From the NCBI GenBank assembly GCA_964035545.1, contig OZ037768.1:18955700-19019699 (forward strand): DNA of 64,000 nucleotides, written 5' to 3'. Positions 36,246 to 49,410 of the stretch are shown in pieces. Position numbers and translations under genes: made by a program. The stretch comes from Bugula neritina (Eukaryota; Animalia; Bryozoa). A model generated the notes under the pieces. It saw only the letters and a program-made list of their open reading frames with translations, had not been told where the DNA came from and made no database searches. The stretch's first letter is position 1. Each line of letters starts with the position of its first letter.

Positions 36246-38018
36246 GATATAATATATATACATATATATTTCAGTGTGCATCAAAACTCCCTGCTATCAC
36301 CTTTGCTATTAGACGATTATCAAATTTTGGTCAAAAAATATTGCAAAGACAGAATTATTGAAGATGTTTTTACTAATTATAATATTATAATATTAGTTAT
36401 GGGTTGATACAGTTTTACTTGTAAATTGAATGTATAACTAATATGGCACCCTTCCGTATAGATTTAGAAAATACGTTATTTTCTCATTGCACCTCCCTCT
36501 TTGCTAGTGGTATATCCCTTTTACCAATCTGCTTGTAACTAAATATTACGATTGGACACACTTTTGCCTAGATGTGTATATATGGATTGTTGAACCGTAA
36601 CAACATGTTACCAAACATTAAATTTTCTTAAATGCATTTCAATTTAGAAAGATGAGTAAATACACATGTTTTATTTTTATTTTTAGAACTATAACAAATG
36701 CTGTTACAAGCTACAACTCTTTCTGCTTTTGTTAGTTTTCATTACTTACTTTGTTGCTGTAATTTGCTATAATCGTTCCATTTTCAAGTTTCTAATGACG
36801 GACAATGCTGAATCCGAACTTGATAAGTATGTAGTTGATGAACTTTCTTTAAATTCCCTTATCAAAAATGGCCATGTGATAGCATTTATGCTTGCTCAAA
36901 ATCGAACAAGTAACAAATTGAAAATTGCAAGTGATTTCTTTCAGACTAAATTCAGTATTCATGGATGTAAAAATCAAATTCGTATTGTCTTTGATAAATA
37001 CAAATATCTCAATAAAAGTAATGGAAGAGCTAGTGGCTTAAAATTATTTAAATTCTATTCACAGGTATTTTCACCTAATTTAGTTGCCTTGCCACAAGAA
37101 GAAGCCATTGAGTCTACGACTGTTCGACCCATACTAACTGTGTCAGCAGAAAGCCATACATTATAACGAAAAGAAACTTTAGAACTAGAGTCAAAATTGA
37201 CTGAAAGCTTAAAACACAACAGGCTGCTTAAAATTAAGGCTAACACTTATTATAGACGCTATAGGCAAATGCTGCGCACACTCGCCAACGTAAACAAAAC
37301 GAAAAACAGTTTAAAAAAAATTATTAAATGCTTGCATCAATCAGCTTGGGGCGATTGATGTTTGGGCAATAAATTGTAAGTTTGTTGTGAGTTCACGGTG
37401 TATATATATATATAAAATATTTTAAACTAACGCAAGCTAGCTACAAATAGTATCACCTGCTTGTTTAGAAATAATTAAAGCAGTGTTATTGCTCTTGCTA
37501 TCCAATACTAGTTCCATTAGGCATTTCTATTTTTTCCTCTTGTCAGCATAAAATACTACCTTTTCACGCAGCAAATAGGGTAGGTTTTGGGGGAAAATTT
37601 TTTTGTGCATCATCTCGAAATTGAGCTTGTCCTATGCTTAGAATTAGTAAACCCATATTGCTTTGCGTTTTGGTCATGCTTGGCTGCTGCTGTTTACGTA
37701 CCATATAGGTAAACTGCAACAGAAAAATTGACACTTGATTTGCTATACGTAATACAAAAGTCCAGCTTTGGATATGGTGTGAGGCTGTAGCATTAGTCTA
37801 TGTCCCAATAGCCGTTTGGAATCTTGCTGTTAGTGATGCTATGTTTCATATCTTCGATAGGTTGTCAAATAGTGTTTCAAAATGCTGGTGGTTGTATTAT
37901 GAGCCTCTATATAAGTGGCACCTGTCTTTTCATTTTTTATATAATACCCATGCAGTAGTTTCTATTAAATTGGATGCATCAAGTGTGATATAGAGCAGCT
38001 CCAGTTTAGTGACGTTGC

Positions 38019-39438
38019 TGTCATATGTGTCATTTAGATGGCACTGAATCTCTTGTAACTATTGACAGGTACTCCAAATGGCAAGCATGCTACATGCTCA
38101 ATAGTATAAAATCCAGTGAGATTATAGAACTGCTTAAAAGGCAATTTGTTGATTTTGGTCGGCCTGAAGTTGCGTTCTCAGATAATGCGTCATATTTTGT
38201 TCCATATGAATTTCAACGTTTCTTGGAAGATTATAAAATCAAACATGTAACTGCAAGTCCGTACCATAGCGAAAGATCAGGTTTAGTGGAAAGAATGAAC
38301 CAGACTATAAAAAGTTGCTTGACCAAAGCCAAACAGTCAGACCATTCATTATTTGATGTGCATCACACTTTGAGAAATACACCAATTAGTAGCCAACTAC
38401 CCTCCCCTGCAGTCTTATTGCAATTCAGGCATCTCCGTGATAACTTTAAACAAAAAAAACCCCCAACACATTGAGTTGCCGACAATTTACAGTCTATTCA
38501 GAATGGGTAGAAGGAAAAATAATTGAGTATGCTGATACACCTAGAAGTTTTTATATCAAATTCAGAGATGATATGGCACTACGAAAGAACCAAAGCCAAC
38601 TAAAAGTTAGGAAATTAGTTACACCACCTGCTCAAGCTGCCTTAATTCCTAGTATTCCATATAGGCCAACCTCTAACACCCCCCTTGACCTCACCCCTAA
38701 TACCCCTCAGAGCCAAAGCAGAATACTTAATGAACCAACAGCCCACAATGGCAATCAAACCCACAATACAACCACTGGGAACCACTAGGTCAGGGCTAAG
38801 TTCAAAATTCCTCGTAGGTATGGAAATGGATTGACATAATAATTAGCTAGTAGATATAGCACAGGCAGATTATAAAGTGCCATACCAATGCCCTATATAC
38901 TAAAATCTGGCTACCCTTGAAAGCAGTATCCACCAGGTCATTTTGCTTTAATTTTGTTTGTATATAAATATGCTATTGTAAACCAATTTCATGTAATCAT
39001 ATATCATCTATATTCTATGCACTGGTGTGACTGACATTTTTACATTATTGTATTCTTTCTGAAATAATAAGTTTTATTGGGTGTTTTGTAACCTTCATCA
39101 AAAGGAAGGAGATGTCATACGTGTCCTTTAGTATGGCACCATAACTAGCCAAAATGTGTGTGGTATTACTACAATGTTATGTGGTGTCATTTAGGATGGC
39201 ACCAGGACTAACTAATATGTGTGCATCACCGTCACAAGCTCATCTGTTGTTGTTTGACTGTACAATGTACTGCATTTACTTGTTTGTATTTTGACATTAT
39301 TATCATATTTTATAAGTAATACATTTATTCTATCATTGGAAATACTTCGCAATATTATATACCCAGCAATGTAACAGTTGCGTCCTTAGTAGCGTCCATA
39401 AGTTAGCTAGCTACTTTTTGAGTACATTATGTATGACA
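38019..39438 (+). mobile_element. Internally deleted Gypsy-like LTR retrotransposon: 5' LTR stub, integrase remnant, PPT and 3' LTR (39113-39438)
   Basis: Integrase IDRYSKW...FGRPEVAFSDNA...SPYH..SGLVER...LRNTP; PPT aaaaggaaggaga; LTR ends TGTCATAC...GTATGACA; tgtcata.gtgtc.tttag at 38019 matches the LTR start. Confidence 0.8.
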
Positions 39439-39699
39439 CAACGTCACACTAGCCTCCTCTTTGCAAGAGCTGGTTTGTTAACTTTTTGATGCAGTATCTT
39501 CTTCCTCCAGAGACTTATTTTTGGAATAACCAGTAAAAATAATAAACATACTTTGAAAAATTTTTTGCGATGAATCACACTAATTTCCCATTATGCAGAC
39601 ATGTATTTTTATGGTATTTTGCTCATTTTTGAAATTTCACTGCATTACCTAGTAAAAGTGATCGGGTGTACCTCAAGGGTCGGAACTGCGGCCTTTGCT

Positions 39700-42600
39700 C
39701 TTCTTATAACTGTCATGGCGGACGCACGCCAATTTTAAAAATTCTTAAATATTGAAGCAAAATTTAAAATTTTTTCTAGCAAACTGTGCGAACAAAGAGG
39801 TTTTTAGTGGACAAAGCTAGTTTAAAATTCTGCCTCTAAAAACAGTGTGTTATAAAACAAAAACCTTCAACTTTCACCTTTTAAATTAAACTTTTAATTA
39901 AATAAAATAAAAAAAAATAAATATTTGAAATAAATTTGGTTTTGACACAAGCTCAAACCAAATTTACAATGTCTATTTCCGAGACCTTCCCAATTTTAGG
40001 CAAAAATGAAGATGTTGATCGCGGTTGTAAAAGAAAAAAAAAGGAAAACAATGTTTGTGCTAATTGCAGTAGTGATGAATGCAATGTTCAAATAGCAAAC
40101 AAAACTTCACAAAAATGGATCTCATGTGATAAGTGCACTGAGTGGTTCCACGGAATGTGTCAAGAACTGCAAGCGAGTGATGTGAATGCAGTCATAAAAC
40201 TGGAGAGCTTTGGCGTAAAATGGTTTTGTACTGCATGTAGGTCCAAAATCAATGATACTAACAAATCAGTCGATGTCGTTGAAAATGCTGGTGTTAGTGC
40301 GCTCGCCAAGCTAAACAATATTGAACAAATGAAGCAAATCACTCAAACATATGCTGAAGCAGTCAAAACAAATAATGAAAAGGTACAAAAGCTGGAAAAC
40401 ACTTTTGAGAAAGCCCTAGATGAAACATGCAGAAATACCCAGAAAGCTGTCGCCATCAATGTGTCTGCACAAAAGTTGATCGCTAAAAATTATGCATTAA
40501 ACGAGGTTGAGATAAAAAAAAACAATGCCATACTGTATGGCATTGAGGAACAAGAAAACATAACAGCAATCCAGCAAGTGGAAGAGCTCATGAGACTAAA
40601 ACTCTACCTGCGATGTCCAGTGCCTGCCCAAGCGTTCAGACTTGGAAGAAAACTGTCTAATAGGCCAAGACCAATAAAACTGCATTTCCAAGACGAGTCC
40701 TCCAAATGGGATTTTATAAAAAGAACTAACTCAAAAGACACCAGAAGCACAGGAATTTTTTGTAAAAAATTGATACTAGCAAGGAAATCAGAGACCTGGA
40801 ATATGCCTTACGTTTCGAGATTAAAAGGCTCAGATATGATGAAACTGGTGCAAATGTTGATATTCAATATCGCATAAGAAACCTGAAAATTAGGAAGCAG
40901 GTCTCCTCGGGGGACTGGGTTTCTATGAGTCCTGCATCCCGTCTCTTCGATGCCACGCAAACAAACAAAATGGACAAATAAAACTGTTCCTTGCCAATGT
41001 AAGATCTGCAAAGGGTAAGTCCTCTGACATAACTGCATCAACTTATGACTATAACATTGTATGTCTGACCGAAACGCACCTGGACGACTCGGTCCCAGAC
41101 CACTGTATTATTGAATCATCAAACAAAATAACGTTTTGAAATGATCGTAATATCCACGGAGGAGGAGTCCTTATAGCTATTGATCGCAAACTAAAACCAA
41201 AAAAAGTTGACATTGATATTTTAACAGAAGAATTTCTCATAGTAAGCTTTGAACCTAAACTATTCTCTGCTGCTACTACAGACCGTATACTCACATGCAA
41301 AACATGCAAAAACTTCAAACTATTCTTGGAAACATATGTAGGAAATTTCCTGAACACGAACTCATATTAGTAGGAGACCTTAACTTGCCTGGTATTGATT
41401 GGACCCAAAAAAGACTCAAAAACTGTTGTACACACAAACAAATACACACAGAGTTCCCGCATATTCTGAGTGAGTTCATGCTGGAGCAATTAGTAACGGA
41501 TCCAACCCATGTGTGAGGCAACACACTTGACTTAATCTGCACAAATGCTCCAGGTCATGTTGTGAAGACTGAAATCTTCCAACCTGGCCTTATTGATCAC
41601 CATATCGTAACAGCTACTCTAAAACATAACACATCAAAAGTTGCAATAAAAGAAGAGCACACTATCAGGCTTTACAAAAAAGTTGATCAATTGTCTTTTC
41701 ACCAGGACATGCTACAGCTAAGTAAGGATCTAGAGGAAATGGACGACCCAAATGACATGTGGCTACTTTTCACCAGAGTGTTGAAAGAGAGCATTGAGAC
41801 ACACATACCCACAAAGAAAGTTTATTACAACGAAAACCAGCCCTGTTGGTTTGGTAAGAAAGCTCAAAAACTAGTAACCAAACAAAACAAGACTTACAAG
41901 AAATACAAACAAACTGGAGATGTCTTTTTCCTCAGCAAATACAAACTCGAAAGAAGAAACACCCAAAAGGAAATCAGGCGTATAAAGATAAGTTATCTTA
42001 CGCATAACATATGTAGTCCTCTTGCTAGGGGAAATTCTAAACCCTTTTTTAAGCACTTGAAAACTATGAGACAACAAACATCTATATCCCCTATCAGTCT
42101 ACTATGCGACAAGAACCAGATCACTGAGGATCCTAAAAAAAGCGCAATCCTACTAAACGAATTTTTTCGAGATCAATTCTGTCTAGATCATCAAATTCAG
42201 GACATACCACCACTGACTACAAACAACAAAGATGTAAAGATAACTCAAAATGGTATATGCAAACTGATCACCTCTCTTGGAAATGGGAACACACCAGGGC
42301 CGCATGGTATTCGAAAGCCGGACCTCATGATCGACATCCCAGCAACTGCTGATTGCCTCAAAAAGATTTTCTATGCATCCCTAAAGGTAGGGAAGCTCCC
42401 ATATCAGTGAAAAATTGCTCACATTACCCCAATTCACAAGGGAGGAGAAACGAACCTTGTAACTAACTATCGCCCCATTTCTCTCACATCTATACCATGC
42501 AAGATGATGGAACATATTGTTCTTCACTGCTTAAATGAAAAGCTGGACAAAATTCTTCACAACCGGCAGCATGGTTTTCGCAAAGGTATGTCCTGTGAAA

Positions 42601-43157
42601 CACAGCTCTGTGCCACCTACCACGACATTGCCAAATCAGTGGAATCTTCATATGCAACGCATGCTATCATCTTAGATTTTAAAAAAGCTTTTGATAAAGT
42701 CCCTCACTCCCTGTTGCTACAAAAGCTAAGACAGATTCCTGACCTATCCCCTCTCTTAGCAAATTGGATACAAGATTTCATAACACAGAGAATGCAAAGT
42801 GTTGTGATTAAAGGAAATATCTCCACTCCCTGCATGGTCACACCTGGTGTTCCTCAAGGATCTGTTCTTGGACCGATTCTTTTCCTATTATATATAAATG
42901 ACCTACCAAAAGCACTTACCTGCAATGTAAGCCTCTACGCTGCTAAATCCAAACTCTACTGCGACAGTTTTCTCCCACAAACCATATGTGACTTGAGGGT
43001 AACTAAGAACTAACAACCAAAATCAGCGAAATGCTGTAAAATCTAGTCACTCTGAAACACACTGTTTTGTTATAAAGAGGCATTCTTTTTTCTGCACAAT
43101 TTGAATTTGTGATCCAGAATGTACTATGGACGTCGAGCAAGTATCGAGTAAGTATCT
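39700..43157 (+). mobile_element. CR1-group LINE: PHD-finger ORF1 (~39969-40930) and APE-RT ORF2 (~40970-43013), degraded, with an internal deletion
   Basis: PHD C..C...WISCDKC.EWFHGMC...WFCTAC; RLG...RPRPIKL; TETHL, GGGV, GDLN, LDL, SDH-like; NYRPISLT, QHGFR, DFKKAFDKV, GVPQGSVLGP; short 3' tandem tail cgag(c/t)aagtat. Confidence 0.9.
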
Positions 43158-44649
43158 AACATTTACATTCATCATTATATTTATACCAAAGTTACTCATT
43201 ATGATTATTATTAATAAATATTAGTATAGTTATAACTTATAAGTAGTGTAAGTTAATCATAATGTTATAAGGCTAAGCAATATTAAAATTTAAATTTATT
43301 ATACAAATAATAATATGAAGATGAATATCAATATGATTATGATTATCATTATGAATAAATAAAAAAATTCTTTAAAAATTTCACAAGGCTATGAAACTAA
43401 AATTGTAGATGCTTATATCAGTGTAATTCAATTAGATTAAAAATACATTTTTACATACCACTGCCGTTATCAGAATCACTACCAGTACTAGGTTTATCTT
43501 CAATTTCAATTTGACTTTTAGTCGCAATTGCGATTCGGATTGTCGTTGGGCTTGGTTGACTTTGAGCTAATTGCTGCATAAACCTAACGTGGCTTTTATT
43601 GCAAACATTATTGGTTCCATTTTAGATTTTGAAATTGTTTATTGCTTTCAAAAGTATCGTTAATTGAGTCAGAGTAACAAGCTGTAGCAGTAGAGGTAGT
43701 AATGACATTACCATTATGCCATTAACTATATGACCAGTCACTCGCATGTACCGCGCGCGCCTAGATAGTTGCAGAAATTAAAATAGTTAATAGGCCAATC
43801 AGAGATCTCGTCTAATCAGGCAATCAGAAATCACCTAATAACTAGATGTGGAGCCATAGACATTTCCCATCAGGTGTGGGGGGGGGGATACTCGTGTTCT
43901 GTAAATTCAAGTTTTTGTGTGCCCACTAATATGTACGTGAAAAACGCAATATTTTAACCAAAGCACACTTCCACATTTTCAAAGCACGTGCCTTTCAGTT
44001 TGCGGATTTCATTTACGTATGACTTATGAGTATGACCTTAAAGTTGAAGTGGAACCAGCAAAACTAAAACTGTATAAGTATACCTGTCGAAATACCTGTC
44101 GAATTCTTCTTCACACTGGACAACCCAAATGGGTCGAAGGGGTGTGCCACATTCTTAACCAAAATTTACATTTTTAGGTCAGTAATCAGTAAGACTAAGT
44201 GTGCTTAAAACTTAACTAGTTTGCAGTGGAGTCAGAACAGGTAAGGTTAACCTGTCTGTGGTAAGTATGCTGTATTACATTGTGTTGCTGTCTGTTATTG
44301 AGGATTTAATCTTCATGTCTCTGATGGTTTTTGGTAGAAAACTATTGTGATAAAACTGAATCAAAATATGACAGACTAAGACTTGTGAGTTGTGACAGTA
44401 AGTGAGTAAGAAAATGTAATCGTAAGTCAAAGTGAAAGTGTAACGGCTAAGTTATAGAATACTGTAAATCAACTAAATGTAATGCTAATACTAATAGTAA
44501 TACTAATTACTAAATTACTTATTAGTTATTAGTAATTATAAATTAGTAATTAACTAAGGTAAAACTAGTCACTAGTCTAATCTAATGTAAATGAGTGAAA
44601 CTTAAAGTTATTCATATTGTTAATGTTAATTATTTTGATTTTAATTTTA

Positions 44650-46780
44650 CATCTTCGTCTGTAGGAAGTACTAAATCCTGGAGAAAGCGGTACTCCTCAA
44701 GATTTAAATGTCTTAGCCAGCATATTAGCAATAAGTGCCGCCCATTGTGCGACCAAATAAATGTATACAAATATAAATACTGAATTATGTTTATAACTTA
44801 GCCAATATGAATAAGACTTTTCAATTCTCTGACAGTTCTGGGAAGGAAGCTGTTGAAGTATGCAGAGGTTTTAGCATATATTGATGTTGGATCGCCACGA
44901 AATGCGGCTCTAATCACTGTAGTATTAACATCTTTTCGCCGCATCAGCTCATCATATGAGGATACAAGTGCTCTATGATTTTCTCCATGTGAGAGAAGCT
45001 GGATCAACAGAGAGTGTCTAGATTTTTTACGTCTCTCAGCAAGAGTTTCTAGCTTCAAATTCGCTCGCTCTTCCGAGATACTGACTCTTCCCCTAAGGCT
45101 TGAAATGAAGCGAATTGCTTTATTCTGAACCATTTCAATATCTTTAGACAGATACCCCAGAGGTGAATCCCAGACAGTAGCAGTGTATTCAATATGCGCC
45201 CTACAGAGGCTTGCGTAAGCCAGTAGTTTGGCACCTTGCGGAGCATTATGGAGCGTTCGGTTAATCATACCCAGCTTCTTTGTGGCTTTTAGTATGACTG
45301 AGTAGACATGCTTATCAAACTTAAGATTGGATTGCAATGTTACACCCAGATATTTTGTCTTTTCAACAATCGACAGTGGAACGCCATCAAGAGAATATGT
45401 TGCTGTTGGTGAGTTGGCAGTGGCATTAAATGCTAGAATAGAACACTTGTCAATGTTGAATGACATACACCAATTTTTAGCCCAGTAATGCAAAGCGTTA
45501 ATATTAGTTTAGAATTTTGATTTCTCAAGAAAATCATTGACTACTTGATAGATTAGGGTGTTGTCTGCGAAAAGACTAATACTACAGTTCACTAGTTCTG
45601 GAAGATCGTTAATATATGCAAGGAACAATGTAGGACCAAGAAAAGATCCTTGCGGATCACCTGATGTAACTAATAGTTCAGAAGATAACTGTTTTTCTAG
45701 TATTACCTTTTGCTTTCGATCCAGCAGAAAGTCATGAATCCACATTAAAATTTGGTTGCTAACTTTAGGAATCTTATAAAGTTTTTGCATAAGCAATTTG
45801 TGGGGGACTTTATCGAATGCTTTCGTAAAATCTAGCACAAGTGCATGAAGTGTGTCCTTCATCAACGCTTCTGACAATTTCATGGTAAGTACTGCAAAGT
45901 TGGGTTACACAAGAAAGTCCTCTCCTAAAGCCGTGTCGCCTGTTATATAATACATCATCTAAAGCAAGATTCAGATGGTGTAAAACTACATGTTCTAGAA
46001 GCTTGCAGCAGATACTGGTGAGTGAAATTGGTCTATAGTTGTTTGGTTGATCAACAGCACCACGTTTATGTAAGCGGGTAACATGAGCTATTTTTCATTC
46101 AGGTGGAAGTTTGGAGCTGTTGAGTGACACTTTGAAAATACTCGAAAGACATTTAGCCGTCATGATAACAAGATCTTCTTTCCTGATCCCATCATGACCA
46201 GGGGATTTGTCATTTTTTAAACCATTGAGTAGCTTGATGATACGATCCACTAAAACATCAATGCACATAGGAGATCCAGAAGCATAACTGTTAGCGCCAT
46301 CTAGCAAATTTTCTTTACAGTTATTTAAAATATCAGCGCATTGCCTTGGGTCTTCAGTATAATTGCTGTCCATTGTAATTAATTTCATTGGTGGTTTAGC
46401 AGAACCTTGGGACCATTTTAAATGTCTATAGAAGGGTTTGTCGTTTCCGGATTCAAGAGGTTTGCAGATGTGATTAGAGATGTAATCTCTTTCTATAATC
46501 TGAAGTTCAGCCTTGTGAAAACATCTCTCTGCTTTGTATTAGCGCAAATAAAATTAATGAGTCTTGAGTAGCTTTGAATTTATTGTAAGTTCTGCGGTGT
46601 TTGGTTACAAGTGTCCTTGCAGTTTTGTTGAACCAGTAAGGTTAATCAGCAGCTTTGGCCTGTACATGTTTCACAGGAACAGATACATCAACAGCAGCTC
46701 TCAGCTCATTGGTAAAAAGTTGCCACATTTGTGATACATCATTCATTTCTGATAATTTAAGGTTTATGTTCGAGTTTATC
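44650..46780 (-). mobile_element. 5'-truncated CR1-group LINE (related family), degraded RT
   Basis: KSPGHDGIRK, YRPISLT, DFTKAFDKVPH, G.PQGS.LGP, LFADN, W...WCMSFN..KC, KYLGV, SFLPRT. Confidence 0.9.
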
Positions 46781-47129
46781 ATTATGATTATGCTTTCATC
46801 AGTTATGAGGCTGGGCCATCAGCCATCAGACTCAATTAATCAATATAATTGTCAGATCATGAAAATGACAAGTATTTTATTTTTTGCAGAGTAGATACCG
46901 CATTTATTTTAATACTTATACTAATAGTAATATAAATATAGTAATAATTAAAATGCCAATAATATTAATAATTGTAAAAAAGTTTATAAGTTGGAGGAAA
47001 ACTAGTTGACATTAAGGGTAGGTCACGTTTCATAAACAGTTGTTTTAAAAATAACACTATCCCATTGTTATACTTATTGTATGCTTATTACTATTAGATC
47101 TAGAACAGCTGCAAGCCTCACTCAAATTT

Positions 47130-49410
47130 ATTGGCACCAAAGGTAAATGATGCAGACATGCCTCATGACAACTCTTACAGTTCTTTTGTCACAAACCATT
47201 CTATTGTGTTCGAATTAGATCTGGGATAGCTGAAAGTCTTACTTACTCTTATTGGCATCACGTAAATCATGCCGTGGAAAAGGACCCCCGAGTCCTTTGC
47301 TTTAAGCTACCTAAATAAGCCACCTAAAAATGTAAACGTGGTACATACAGAAAAAAAAGATAAACCAAAGAGGCGCAGATGCCAAATGCCATCAGGACTT
47401 GCTCCTAATTACTGAGTGTATGAAAAGGCCACAAGGAGTTACAGACACATTGTGGTGCCCCTGAGCTGTCAGCAAAACCACCGAATGACTAACAGCTGTT
47501 TTCTCATTCTTCGACCCATGTGCCCTAGCACTGGTAGATCAATCAATGATTTTAGCAAAGCTCTAATATCAGTTATTGAGTTTTTTGTCATGCTTTGTAT
47601 TTTAGTGTGCACTCTATAGAAATATGAAGCAGTAACTCGCCCATTCCTAGCTTCATACCATGTAGCATTGTCGCTTTGCCCCCTGGTTTCCTTTTTCTAT
47701 TTTGTTCAAATCTACCACAGGAAGTTTTTTCTGTAGAAACTCTTGTACTGTGCCACAGCTCTTGGCAATAGATGTAATACTTATTATGTTTGTTTCCTGC
47801 AAAGGAATAGTTTCCACAGCCTTCTTTTTTGCTACAATTAATAAATTTATGGGTAGAATTCTTCGAAATAGCGCGCGTGTGTATGTGTGTGAGAGAAGAA
47901 ATTATTGGCAAATATGTATCTATATTATCAACATTAGCATTGTTATATACCACGAAAAGTATGCTTGTATCAAATAATCGATCTTATTGCAAGTGTAGTA
48001 ATGGAAACAGCTTATTAGAGACTAATATAAGCAACACTATAATACAACTTATGAGGAATCATTTAAAAGTTGAGTAGCCTAAAGTAATAATAAGCTGCAT
48101 TAATACCTATATTACCTGGCAAAAACATTACAGCAAAAATAATCATGCAAGTTTTTAAATCATATGTTTATAAAAAAATTATAGCTGTGCATATTTTAAC
48201 AATTAAAATAAACCAAAACTCAGCAATTTTATGTTATAATTATAACACAATTTCAATGCATATACTAAGTAATTCGTTATATTAATACATTATATAATAT
48301 TACATAGTATAACTACTGCTTATAAACTACAAAAGCTTGCATGTAGCAACATTCTGTTTACCTTGCAGTATTTAGGTTTTTTTAATTCTATATCTTGTAC
48401 TGGAATGTACAGCTGCTTCGCCTTTTCATACTTTTCGTAGAAAGATTGACTGCATCAATATTTTCAGTTCTACTTTGAATATTTCCCCATCGCGGCTTTG
48501 CAAGGCAATGATCGACATCTTTCAATAAAAAGTATTAGACGCTTTTCATACATCTTAATCTTATACATACGTTATGAAGCTCAGAAGTGCACTACTCGTG
48601 TTATTTATATCATGAATATAACTATGAACATGAAGTGCTTGTACAAGAAAGGCTTGATAGCTCTAGCCTGAATGCACTTTCCAATTTAAAAAGTAATGCA
48701 GCGATGTAATTGCAAGTTTGGCCTAATCTAAAATTAAAATTATAAACTTTGTCTATTTTTTAAAGCTTCTACTACAAAAAATGTATAAATTAGTATTTAA
48801 GATTAAGATATCATTCCTCTTACTCAGCTACGAAAAAGCAGAATTCTGGAATAACTGTGGCTGAATTTTTTTCTATCATAGTCCATTAGTTGTGTAGTGT
48901 ATCATTCAGTCTATTGTTTGGAGTGCAAGTAGACCTTAGATAAAACACCCAACTATCTTTTCTAGTTTTATGAACACCTCCTGAAGGAACCCATTATAAA
49001 AATATGAAAATCCTTTTCCAGTTTTGTATGAAGTTAGTGCATCAGTTGCCAAATTTTATCCGTGTTTCAATAAAAGTTGTACAATTTCTACATAAGAAAC
49101 TGGTGGCCACTGGCTACTACCCTCTCTCATTACTTTATTCACAAAGCCTAGCTGGGTTAATATGTAGAGTTTTGTAATCCATTTTTCGTAATGGTACTTG
49201 CTGCTTTGCTCCAGGCTTTTCAGGCATTTGGTTGTTATAAAGAAAATATACCCAAACACTAAGCTCATTCTCTGAACCAGTAATCTTGTAACCTTTTTCT
49301 GCACAGGTCGGTCAGAGCTTCAATATCCCAAGTTTTAATTTCTGTTAACGCTATCAGATTATCTTTTTCTAAGTTGCAATTATTAGTTTAATTAGTAGGC
49401 CTATTCCTTT
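47130..49410 (-). pseudogene. Degraded, intron-containing SAP-SWIM-YqaJ (lambda-exonuclease-like) gene, probably a DNA-transposon accessory gene
   Basis: L.DFCRKRG.K.TGS..EL (SAP-like); TCN.IAALLFK...CTS..C (SWIM); GQSDNATWYEARNGRVTAS and LGASPDGI (YqaJ motifs). Confidence 0.7.
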
